Below are positions 10,333 through 18,833 of a stretch of 64,000 bases of DNA, one piece after another. The translations under genes and the position numbers were made by a program. The notes beneath the pieces are model-generated. The model ran no database searches. It was not told the DNA's origin and was given only the letters and a program-made list of their open reading frames with translations. This stretch comes from Thermodesulfobacteriota bacterium (GTDB lineage Bacteria > Desulfobacterota > BSN033 > UBA1163). Where the stretch lies: positions 9,727-73,726 of the forward strand of contig DAIPKW010000002.1 in the NCBI GenBank assembly GCA_036769565.1, in the 5' to 3' direction. The first letter of the stretch is position 1. Every line of letters starts with the position of its first letter.

Positions 10333-10821
10333 TCAGACCTCGGGGACAAAAGGTTTGTCAAAATCCGGTCCTTCGACCGGGAAATCTTTCCTCAGGGGGT
10401 GTCCTTCATAACCATCCCAGAGGAGGATTCTCCTCAAATCGGGATGATTCTCAAAGGTGATTCCATAAAGATCGTAAACCTCCCTCTCAAGCCAGTTCGC
10501 TGCCTTCCAGATCGATTCGACACTGGGCATCGACTCGCCCTCTCCGATCTTCGTCTTCAATCTCAATCGACTGTTCGATTTGAAGGAGTAGAGGAGATAG
10601 ACCACTTCAAATCGGGGTACCTGTGGGAAATAGTCAACCCCGCAGAGATCGGTCAACATATGGTACTGGAGATCGGGTTCCGCATAGAGAAATCGACAAA
10701 TCTCAAAGAGATCCTTCTTCGGTACCGTAATATTGACTTCACCCCGAAAGGTTGTCACCTCCAAGATCGAAGCGGGAAATTTTGCTTCCAACTTTTTAAC
10801 TGCTGGATGAACTTCTGCCAT
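10333..10821 (-). CDS. nuoC: NADH-quinone oxidoreductase subunit C
   Basis: ANWLEREVYDLYGITFENHPDLRRILL...GHPLRKDFP. Confidence 0.98.
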   Translation of the reverse strand: MAEVHPAVKKLEAKFPASILEVTTFRGEVNITVPKKDLFEICRFLYAEPDLQYHMLTDLCGVDYFPQVPRFEVVYLLYSFKSNSRLRLKTKIGEGESMPSVESIWKAANWLEREVYDLYGITFENHPDLRRILLWDGYEGHPLRKDFPVEGPDFDKPFVPEV

Positions 10822-10822
10822 A

Positions 10823-11344
10823 TCAATCTATCCTTTCCACAATCTCTTCTGGGATCAGCCGAACATTCTTTCGATCGGCAAGGGTTTCTGTCTCAATCTT
10901 CTTCTGGAGTTCAACGATTGCTGTAAGGAGTGTCTCTGGCCTCGGCGGACAGCCCGGTACATAGACATCTACTGGAATCATCTGATCCACACCCTGAACC
11001 ACATTGTAGGTCTTAAAAATTCCTCCTGAACAGGCGCAGGCCCCATAGGCAATGACCCACTTGGGTTCTGGCATCTGTTCATAGATGCGTTTGACCATGG
11101 GCGCCATCTTCTTGGTCAGGGTGCCTGCCACAATCATCAGATCTGCCTGCCGTGGAGATGGCCTGAAGACCTCGGAACCAAATCGCGAAATATCCCACGT
11201 CGCCGAACTGGTGACGATCATCTCCAGCGCGCATCAGGCAAGACCGAAGGTGACCGGCCAGATCGAATACTTTCGGCCCCAGTTGACCACTTTATCCAGT
11301 ACAGGCATCAAGGGGGTTTTTTCAAGGTAGGTTTCTATTCCCAT
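10823..11344 (-). CDS. nuoB: NADH-quinone oxidoreductase subunit B, with an in-frame TGA (putative selenocysteine) at 11234-11236
   Basis: The track ORFs 11234..11455 and 10823..11221 are in one frame: ...TGG CCG GTC ACC TTC GGT CTT GCC TGA TGC GCG CTG GAG ATG = [13 protein letters not shown], matching the NuoB GLxCCxxEM motif. Downstream motifs [14 protein letters not shown] and PGCPPRPE are intact. Reads 173 aa from ATG 11344. Confidence 0.93.
11198..11216 (-). promoter_or_regulatory. Putative bacterial SECIS hairpin of nuoB
   Basis: Minus-strand CGUCACC-AGUUC-GGCGACG gives 6 pairs plus one A.C mismatch. The loop starts 24 nt after the UGA and has G at position 2 followed by U, which fits the bacterial SECIS model. 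Confidence 0.6.
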
Positions 11345-11691
11345 TCGAGTGCTCCTTTTTTCCAAATATAGATATAGGCAATGATCAAAATCCCAATAAA
11401 TACGGCCATCGAAACAAAGCCAAACATCTTCAAATCTTTGAAGATGACGGCCCATGGATAGAGAAAGACGATTTCAATATCGAAGATCAGAAAGAGCAAG
11501 GCAATGATATAGTATTTGATCGGGATCCTCCGAAAGGAAGAACCATAGGTCGTCATGCCACACTCGTAAGGTGCCTCTTTAAGCAGTGTCTGCTTTCTCT
11601 GGCCTAAGAGATAAGAGGCGAGAATGGCAAAGCAGGCAAAGATGACGGCTATGGCAAAATAGAAAAGGATGGGAAGATAATCCATTAACAT
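11335..11691 (-). CDS. nuoA: NADH-quinone oxidoreductase subunit A
   Basis: PYECG, KYYIIALLFLIFDIEIVFLYPWAV and WKKGALEW. Confidence 0.98.
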   Translation of the reverse strand: MLMDYLPILFYFAIAVIFACFAILASYLLGQRKQTLLKEAPYECGMTTYGSSFRRIPIKYYIIALLFLIFDIEIVFLYPWAVIFKDLKMFGFVSMAVFIGILIIAYIYIWKKGALEWE

Positions 11692-11739
11692 GATGATACC
11701 CTCTTATGAAAATTTTTTTGTGCCCTGTCGACCTATAAA

Positions 11740-11769
11740 ATTGGCTCCGTCTCGTCAAGTGGGGCCAAT
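11740..11769 (-). terminator. Weak hairpin followed by a short U run between fdhA and nuoA
   Basis: Minus-strand ATTGGC-C-CC...GG-A-GCCAAT with a 12-nt loop and one mismatch, followed by TTTAT. Confidence 0.3.
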
Positions 11770-11779
11770 CCTCTTCGTA

Positions 11780-14452
11780 CTATCCCCCATATTTCTCAAC
11801 CCGCACGGTTGAATATTTAAGATCCGGGATCTTCGACTCTGGATCAAGCACCGTATTCGTAAGAAGATTGACCGGTGCCTCGCTAAAGTGAAACTTTGCA
11901 AAGACCACACCTCTTCCAACCCTATCGGTAACCTTCGCTTTTGAAATGAAATCGCCTCTACGGCTGACCACCCTTATCCGATCACCCTCTTTGATTCCAA
12001 GTTGGGTTGCATCGGATGGGTTTATTTCCACGAGGCTTTCAGGAGACATCTCGTTGAGAAGTCTGACTTTACGGGTCATACTGCCCGCATGATAATGGTA
12101 GTAGTCCCGACCTGTGCTTAAGATGAACGGATACTCCTGATCCGGAACCTCGGGTGGAGGAGTGAAATCCACCGGAACAAAGAGCCCTTTTCCTCGAACG
12201 ATTTTGCCTCTATGAAGGATCGGTGTTCCGGGATGATCCTCCGTTGGGCACGGCCACTGCAGGCCACCAGATTCCAATCTGGCATAGGTGATGCCTGCGT
12301 ACTGAGGCGTGACTTTCCGAATCTCTTCGAAGATGGCTTCAGGACCTTCATAATCCATGGAGTAACCCAATCTCCTCGAGATTTCAGAGATGATCTTCCA
12401 ATCTGGCATCGCTCCTTTCGGTCCCTCGACAACCTTTCTCACCCTTTGAACCCTTCTCTCAGTGTTCACAAAGGTTCCGTCCTTCTCGAGGAAGCAGAGA
12501 GAGGGCAAGACAACGTGGGCCATCTGTCCGGTCTCTGTTAAAAAGATGTCCTGGACCACAAGAAGTTCCAGCCCAGCATAGGCCTTCTTAAGATGGGATA
12601 GGTCAGGATCTGTTACCATGGGATTTTCGCCCATGATGTAGAGGGCTTTGATCTTTCCATCCAGGGCCGCCTTGCTCATCTCCACGACCGTCAAACCCGG
12701 CTTTCCTGAAAGAGAGACACCCCATTGGCTTTCGAATTTATCCTGCAACTCTCTTACGGCCACGCTCTGATATCCAGGATAGACCGTGGGCAGACAACCC
12801 ATGTCACAGGCGCCCTGGACATTGTTCTGACCTCTCAGTGGGTTGACACCACTTCCGGGTCTTCCCACCTGACCGCAGAGAAGGGCCAGATTGGAAATCG
12901 CCTTTACCCCATCTGTTCCAGAAGAGTGTTGGGTAATGCCCATGCAGTAAAGAATGGCCGCATTTTTAGCGGAACCATATATCCGAGCGGCCTTAATCAA
13001 CTTCTCTTTGGGAATGCCGGTCACTTGTTCCACAAACTCTGGCGTATACCGGGCGACCTTCTCTTTGACCGCTTCAAAGCCTTCTGTATTCTGTTCGATA
13101 AAGGATTTATTATAAAGGTTTTCTCTGATGATGATGTGGGCCAACCCATTTAACCAGGCAATATCATCTCCAGGCTTGGGTTGAAGCCAGAGGGTGGCTT
13201 CCTCAACCAGATCGATCTTTCTCGGATCAACGACAATGATCTTCGCCCCATTGAAACGGGAACGATGCCTCAAGAGCATCCCGATGACCGGATGGGTCTC
13301 TGTGGTGTTGCTCCCGGTAACCAACAAGACATCGGCCTGCTGAAAATCAGCAAGAGAATTGGTCATGGCTCCAGAGCCGAGGGTGGTGGCCAGACCGACC
13401 ACTGTACTGGAGTGTCAGAGACGGGCGCAATGGTCGATATTGTTCGTGCCGATGGCCGCCCTGATCAACTTCTGGAAGAGATAGTTCTCCTCGCATGTGG
13501 CGCGCGCCGAGGCGAGGCCAGCAATACTGTCAGGTCCATACTTCTCTTTAATGGCCTTGAGTTTGTCAGAGACAAAGCTTAAAGCTTCGTCCCAGCTCAC
13601 CTCTCGGAATGAGCCATTTTCTCGGATCAGAGGCATGTGAAGTCGATCTGGGCTGTTCACAAATTCAAATCCGAACCGTCCTTTCACGCAGAGCACGCCG
13701 TTATTGGTTCCGAGCCCTTCTTTGGTGGTAATCTTAAACACCCGGTTACCTACCGCGTTCACTTCCAGGGAACAACCCACTCCGCAATAGCCGCATACTG
13801 TGGTCACCCTTTTAGCCTGCCACTTCCTTCCTTTGATGGGGCTCACATTTTCAGTCAACGCTCCCACAGGACAGGCTGCGAGACATTCGCCGCAGGAGAT
13901 ACATCGTTCGGGTTTGATCGGCTCAACTCTGGCATTAAAACCGGTTCCCTGAAGATCGAGGACTTCTCTGCCAGCAATCTCTCGGCAGGCACGGATACAA
14001 CGGCTGCAGAGGATGCAGCGATTGGGATGGTACTTGATCGCAGGTGTGGAATAGGTCTTGTACTCTTTGGCAGGTGTCTCCACCTGATACTCGGCTTTTT
14101 GAATCCCATACTCATAAACATAATCCTGAAGATCGCATTCACCACCTTTATCACAGACCGGGCAATCAAGAGGGTGATTTACCAGCATGAACTGGAGGAC
14201 TTCTCTTCGAATCTCCCGAATCTTCGGGGTGTCGGTTTCGATCACCATGCCATCTGTGGCTGGAGTGTTACAAGCAGTGACAGGGTTTTCGAGATCTTTA
14301 ACCTCAACCACACACATCCTGCAGAAACCTGTGGGAATAAGGCTCTCCATGTGGCACAGCGTTGGTATTCGGAAACCGTTCTGCTGAGCAATGCTCAGTA
14401 TTGTAGCTCCCTCCTCCGCCTCAATAGCTCTGCCATTGATTGTAACTCTCAT
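11780..14452 (-). CDS. fdhA: Selenocysteine-containing formate dehydrogenase alpha subunit (Mo/W-bisPGD) with a NuoG-type Fe-S N-terminus
   Basis: The track ORFs 13415..14452 and 11780..13402 join in frame through TGA at 13415-13417: DHCARL-U-HSSTVVGLATT. N-terminal motifs IPTLCH/GFCRMC, HPLDCPVCDKGGECDLQ, CILCSRC, CISCGEC and CGYCGVGC; also LRGQNNVQG. Confidence 0.95.
13386..13402 (-). promoter_or_regulatory. SECIS hairpin of fdhA
   Basis: Minus-strand GUGGUC-GGUCU-GGCCAC, a 6-bp stem with a G-starting loop 18 nt after the UGA. Confidence 0.75.
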
Positions 14453-14523
14453 TGCGATCTTCTCCTCTAAAAATGAAATGCCGCTTCAGGCATCATCTCG
14501 TTGCTATTTTTATTCAAAAGACT

Positions 14524-14541
14524 TTGTGAAATATTTAATTA
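14524..14541. promoter_or_regulatory. Possible Rex-like operator upstream of fdhA
   Basis: TTGTGAA-ATAT-TTAATTA matches 11 of 14 positions of TTGTGAA-N4-TTCACAA. It lies just downstream of a minus-strand TTGACA (14573-14578). Confidence 0.35.
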
Positions 14542-14798
14542 GCCCATATTCAATAGAACAACCAGTTAAATTTGTCAAGTAAAAAAATGAGATTTTTTAA
14601 AAAAGCTATGGACATTAGATGAGAGCGATTTTTGAACTATTTCTAAACTTAATAACTTATTGAAAACAAAAGATAATTTGTGAAATGAATAAGCCAAAAG
14701 GAGTCTATAGGGTCTTCGCTTTTAGATCTTGAAAAAAATTGCTTTTTTAAATATCCTTAATTTAAGCTTATCTGATTCCTTATAAAAGGGTGTCTAAG

Positions 14799-15638
14799 AT
14801 GCGATTCGGATTCCATATCTCCATTTCCGAAGGATTCTTAAGGGTCGTTGAAAAGGCCCAATTTCGGGGTTGTGAGACCATTCAATTCTTCTCCAGAAAT
14901 CCAAGAGGTTGGAAATACGATTCTCTCGATCAGGAAGAAGCGGAAAGATTCCGGCAATCGATTCAATCCTCCAACCTTTCTCCTCTCTTTCTCCATCTTC
15001 CCTATCTTCCCAATATCGCCTCAAAGAATTCAAAATTCTATAACCGCTCCATCGATTCAATCGTCATTGACCTCGAACGTGCAGAGCTACTGGGAGCTAC
15101 CTATCTCATCATCCATATCGGTCACCGGATGGAGTCTTCAGAGGATGAAGCCATTGAGTCTGTGGCATGGGCCATCAATCAGGTATTCGATCGGATGAAG
15201 AATTCTATCGTTCTTCTTCTCGAAAATACTGCTGGCCAAGGGACTGAGATCGGTTATGAATTGAATCAGATCGCAAAGATCATTGAAAGGGTTGGAGAAA
15301 GAGACCGGATTGGAATCTGTTTTGATACAGCCCATGCCTTTGAAGCAGGCTACGATCTTTCGAACAGAGATGGAATCGAGAGCACACTCGAATCCTTCGA
15401 TCGGATGATCGGTCTGAAAAAACTCCACCTCCTTCATCTGAACGATTCAAAGACTCCCCTCGGTTCGAAAAAAGACCGACACTGGCACATCGGCGAAGGC
15501 TATATTGGATTGGAGGGATTCCGATACTTGATTAACCACCCTCTCTTGAACCACCTGCCCGGAATTATGGAGACTCCAAGAAAAGACACCGTTGAAGATT
15601 TGAAAAATATGAAAGTGATGAGAAGTCTCGTCCAGTAG
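14799..15638 (+). CDS. nfo: Endonuclease IV (AP endonuclease 2 family)
   Basis: GFHISI, LENTAGQG, CFDTAHAF, HLNDSK...DRHWHIGEG and METP zinc-ligand motifs. Confidence 0.93.
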   Translation: MRFGFHISISEGFLRVVEKAQFRGCETIQFFSRNPRGWKYDSLDQEEAERFRQSIQSSNLSPLFLHLPYLPNIASKNSKFYNRSIDSIVIDLERAELLGATYLIIHIGHRMESSEDEAIESVAWAINQVFDRMKNSIVLLLENTAGQGTEIGYELNQIAKIIERVGERDRIGICFDTAHAFEAGYDLSNRDGIESTLESFDRMIGLKKLHLLHLNDSKTPLGSKKDRHWHIGEGYIGLEGFRYLINHPLLNHLPGIMETPRKDTVEDLKNMKVMRSLVQ

Positions 15639-15653
15639 AGAAAATTACTTTAC

Positions 15654-15774
15654 AGGTAAAAGGTTAAGAGGTCAGGGCTAAGAAGCCAGTTTGGCCAAAG
15701 GTAAATGGGTTAGGGCTAATGATTGAAAGCCGTTACCTTTACCTATAGACCAAACCGGCGTCCTAACCTTAACC
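15654..15774. repeat. Intergenic palindromic repeat, family A (copy 1)
   Basis: Core GCCAGTTTGGCCAAAGGTAAATGGG with a complementary arm CCAAACCGGC and AGGTTAAG/CCTTAACC ends. Homologous to 20583-20745 and 31441-31551. Confidence 0.75.
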
Positions 15775-15799
15775 ATATATTTATATCCAACGTTAAGAC

Positions 15800-17320
15800 A
15801 TGCTCCTCATCCACCCTCCTGTGGTAAGACCTTGTGAACCTCCGGCAGGGATTGCCAGAATTTGTGGCGCCCTCAATCACTATGGAATCCACTTCACTGT
15901 TCTGGAGGCAAATTTAGAAGGTCTCCTCGATCTCCTTAATTCTCAACCCTGCTCAGCGGACACCTGGACCTTACGGGCATTTCGTCATCTTCTCCGCCAT
16001 CTCAATTCCTTAAGAGATGGAGAGGCTTATAAAAAAGAGGGTCAATATCGCCGAGCCATCAACGATCTGAATCGACTTCTTAAGATATCCGGCATTTCCA
16101 ATGGCGTCCGCTTGAGTCTGGTAAATTACGAACATGAAATGCTCACTCCGACAAGGAGCAGAGACCTCATACAGACGGCAAAACATTTCGAGGAGAATCC
16201 CTTCTATCCCTATTTTAAAAAAAGGCTTGCTGGCCTTTTTAAAAAGTCCATGCCATCCCTGCTCGGCTTTTCGCTTAACTATTCAAGTCAGGCACTGACC
16301 ACTTTTGCCATGATTGGCTTTCTTAAAAGGAATTACCCCGGAGTAAAAATCATTTTGGGCGGAGGGCTTGTGACTTCCTGGATGAGGAACCCGAATTGGA
16401 AAAATCCTTTTCAAGATTGGGTTGAACATCTTGTGGCAGGTCCCGGTGAAGTTCTCCTGCTTTCACTCCTCAATATCAAGGGGACCGGAAATATCCATTA
16501 CAGGCCTCTTTATGACCCGTTTCCCTTGAAGGATTATTTCGCTCCTGGACTGATTCTCCCATACAGTGCTTCAAGCGGCTGTTACTGGAACCGATGTCTA
16601 TTCTGCCCGGAGAGGGCTGAGGGAAACCCATATCATCCCATCCCTGAAGAAAAGGTGATGGATGATCTTCTCGCTCTCATCCATAAGCATCAGCCGGTCC
16701 TCATCCATCTCTTAGACAATGCGATCTCTCCGTCACTGATGAGAACCATTTCCCTACATCCCTTGGGAATCCCTTGGTATGGCTTTGCCAGAATCACCCG
16801 CCACCTGACAGACCTCGAATTCTGTCATGCCTTAAAACAATCAGGATGTGTGATGCTACAGCTTGGCTTAGAATCAGGAGATCAGACCGTTCTCGATGCC
16901 TTACAAAAGGGAATCCAACTTGAAGAGGCTTCACTCACTTTGAAGAATCTAAAAAAGGCAGGGATTGCCACCTATCTCTATCTTCTTTTTGGAACTCCAT
17001 CCGAAGGGTTGCCAGAAGCAAGAAGAACGCTGGAGTTTGTGGTGAAACACCATGAGAGCATTGATTTTTTGAACCTTTCCATCTTCAATATGCCAATCTA
17101 TGGGCCGGAAGTCGAACAGATAGAGACAAGGGCCTTTTATGAAGGAGATCTTTCGCTTTATACAGGTTTTGATCATCCGAAGGGGTGGAGCCGTCCATTG
17201 GTCCGGCAATTCCTTGATAAAGAATTTAGACGACATCCCGCCATTACCCCCATTCTGAGGAGAGACCCACCTGTCTTCACCTCGAATCACGCTCCGTTTT
17301 TCTCAGAAAAGACGCTTTAG
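15800..17320 (+). CDS. Radical SAM protein with a probable N-terminal cobalamin-binding-like domain; substrate unknown
   Basis: SSGCYWNRCLFC (CxxxCxxC), QLGLESG, N-terminal LLIHPP...PPAGIA and KIILGGG. Confidence 0.8.
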   Translation: MLLIHPPVVRPCEPPAGIARICGALNHYGIHFTVLEANLEGLLDLLNSQPCSADTWTLRAFRHLLRHLNSLRDGEAYKKEGQYRRAINDLNRLLKISGISNGVRLSLVNYEHEMLTPTRSRDLIQTAKHFEENPFYPYFKKRLAGLFKKSMPSLLGFSLNYSSQALTTFAMIGFLKRNYPGVKIILGGGLVTSWMRNPNWKNPFQDWVEHLVAGPGEVLLLSLLNIKGTGNIHYRPLYDPFPLKDYFAPGLILPYSASSGCYWNRCLFCPERAEGNPYHPIPEEKVMDDLLALIHKHQPVLIHLLDNAISPSLMRTISLHPLGIPWYGFARITRHLTDLEFCHALKQSGCVMLQLGLESGDQTVLDALQKGIQLEEASLTLKNLKKAGIATYLYLLFGTPSEGLPEARRTLEFVVKHHESIDFLNLSIFNMPIYGPEVEQIETRAFYEGDLSLYTGFDHPKGWSRPLVRQFLDKEFRRHPAITPILRRDPPVFTSNHAPFFSEKTL

Positions 17321-17359
17321 CTCACACCCCATCTCCAATCAATACAATTGAAATTCTCT

Positions 17360-18811
17360 TTAACTGATATTGAGAAGTCCCTTGACCCGGTTGATTTTTG
17401 CTTCGATCTCTCCTTGGCGGCCAATCATGATGCGTTGTGCCATGGGCGAGCCCGCCCCATGCATCGACTCAATCAGATAGGCAACCGCACCCGCACCTGC
17501 CACCAAATTTTCAATCAAACGTAAGACCTTGATCCGGTCAACCACAGCAACACCTTGGGCGGCAGCCAAATACTTCTTAATGTAAGGCTCTGTCACGGGG
17601 TCTTCCATCTCTTTGGAAGATGGCAATGTCCCGATCAATCCTCCAGCAATATCGGTGGCCAGGCGCGCCAATTCGAAAGGAAAGCGGGTCACGTTAAGTT
17701 TGCAGACATTGGCCAAGAGCAGATCCACCTCATAGTTCCCGGCCTTCGTAGGATGTCCTAAGGCTGAGCAGGCAATGCCGCAAGCAAACATGGTTTCATT
17801 AAGATGAATCATTTCGACGATCTTATCTCGAATGTGGAAGGCATGCTCAACTCCATTCATCCGGGCGATCAGAGCGGTTGCTCCGATGAGGACATCACCC
17901 ACGCCTACCTTACATCCCCCATAACTCTGGCGGTGATAAGCGGCAAATCGCTCCACCAGCCTTCCGGATAGACCGACTTCTCCATTGAGAAAGATGCGCT
18001 CTTCGGGAACAAAGACATCCTCAAAGACTGCCATCACCTCCTGACCACCGAAGGTTGGATTCCCTGCATCAAATGATCCCAGACCTTCCAGCTTTCGGGT
18101 ATCACTGGCTTGTCTTCCATAAATATACTTAACGCCTCTCGTATTCGTTGGAAGCGCAAAACAGATGGCCCAATCCTTCTCTTCCAAAGTCAGGTTGGTC
18201 GTAGGCATGACAATCATCTCATGGGAGTTAACCATACCCGTTTGGTGAAGCTTGGCCCCGCGCACCACCACGCCATCTCGCTTTCGCTCCACCACTCGCA
18301 GAAATAGATCCGGATCGGATTGGTCCTTGGGTCGTTTCGCCCGATCGCCCTTTGGATCGGTCATGGCCCCATCCACCACCAGATCTTCCTGCTGAATCCG
18401 GGACCAATATTTCCTGAAACGTGGATGGTAATTCGTGCCATGTTCCTGATCACATTCGTAGGTGACACTGAAGACCGCATTGGCCGCATCTAAACCTACG
18501 CACCGCTGGAAACAACATCCTGTCAGATTTCCGCAATGCCTCTGCATCATCACCTTCTTCACCAAGTCCTCCGCACTCTGATGGAGATGGGTAAAACGAT
18601 TGATCTCCTCCCCATTTAAAGAGGAACACGTTCGGAAAAGAGATCGTGTCTCATCACGATGGGCGCAATCGAAAGTGGCAGCCACGGCGCGAACCGATGG
18701 CGAGATCAAAGGATGCTCTGGTAGATCTTGCTCTCTCTTGCCCATCACATTGGCCTCTAAGCCCAGAGACTTGAGCGAAGCGATATACTCTTCCCCTTTT
18801 TTGAGTGCCAT
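17360..18811 (-). CDS. abfD: 4-hydroxybutyryl-CoA dehydratase family (AbfD/HpaB-like, FAD and [4Fe-4S])
   Basis: CFQRCVGLDA, GAMTDPKGDR, HRQSYGGCKVGVGDV, HLNET and ESMHGAGSP. Start placed at ATG 18811 behind AAGGAGG. Confidence 0.85.
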   Translation of the reverse strand: MALKKGEEYIASLKSLGLEANVMGKREQDLPEHPLISPSVRAVAATFDCAHRDETRSLFRTCSSLNGEEINRFTHLHQSAEDLVKKVMMQRHCGNLTGCCFQRCVGLDAANAVFSVTYECDQEHGTNYHPRFRKYWSRIQQEDLVVDGAMTDPKGDRAKRPKDQSDPDLFLRVVERKRDGVVVRGAKLHQTGMVNSHEMIVMPTTNLTLEEKDWAICFALPTNTRGVKYIYGRQASDTRKLEGLGSFDAGNPTFGGQEVMAVFEDVFVPEERIFLNGEVGLSGRLVERFAAYHRQSYGGCKVGVGDVLIGATALIARMNGVEHAFHIRDKIVEMIHLNETMFACGIACSALGHPTKAGNYEVDLLLANVCKLNVTRFPFELARLATDIAGGLIGTLPSSKEMEDPVTEPYIKKYLAAAQGVAVVDRIKVLRLIENLVAGAGAVAYLIESMHGAGSPMAQRIMIGRQGEIEAKINRVKGLLNIS

Positions 18812-18833
18812 CTCCATACCTCCTTTCCAGAAT

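Noticed and set aside
10823-11455. nuoB as a nonsense pseudogene or two separate small ORFs
   Set aside because: The only lesion is TGA at a conserved Cys, a SECIS-like hairpin follows, and the rest of the operon is intact. Sec recoding is more parsimonious, though a base-call error is not excluded.
9159-14452. Formate hydrogenlyase / group 4 [NiFe]-hydrogenase interpretation of FDH plus complex-I-like genes
   Set aside because: The large subunit lacks both CxxC nickel-binding motifs and has NuoD quinone-site motifs. The full NuoA/H/J/K/L/M/N set is present.
14453-14545. Moco/tungsten-cofactor riboswitch upstream of fdhA
   Set aside because: Only a short ATGCC/GGCAT hairpin in an AT-rich leader; too small and without the multi-stem pattern.
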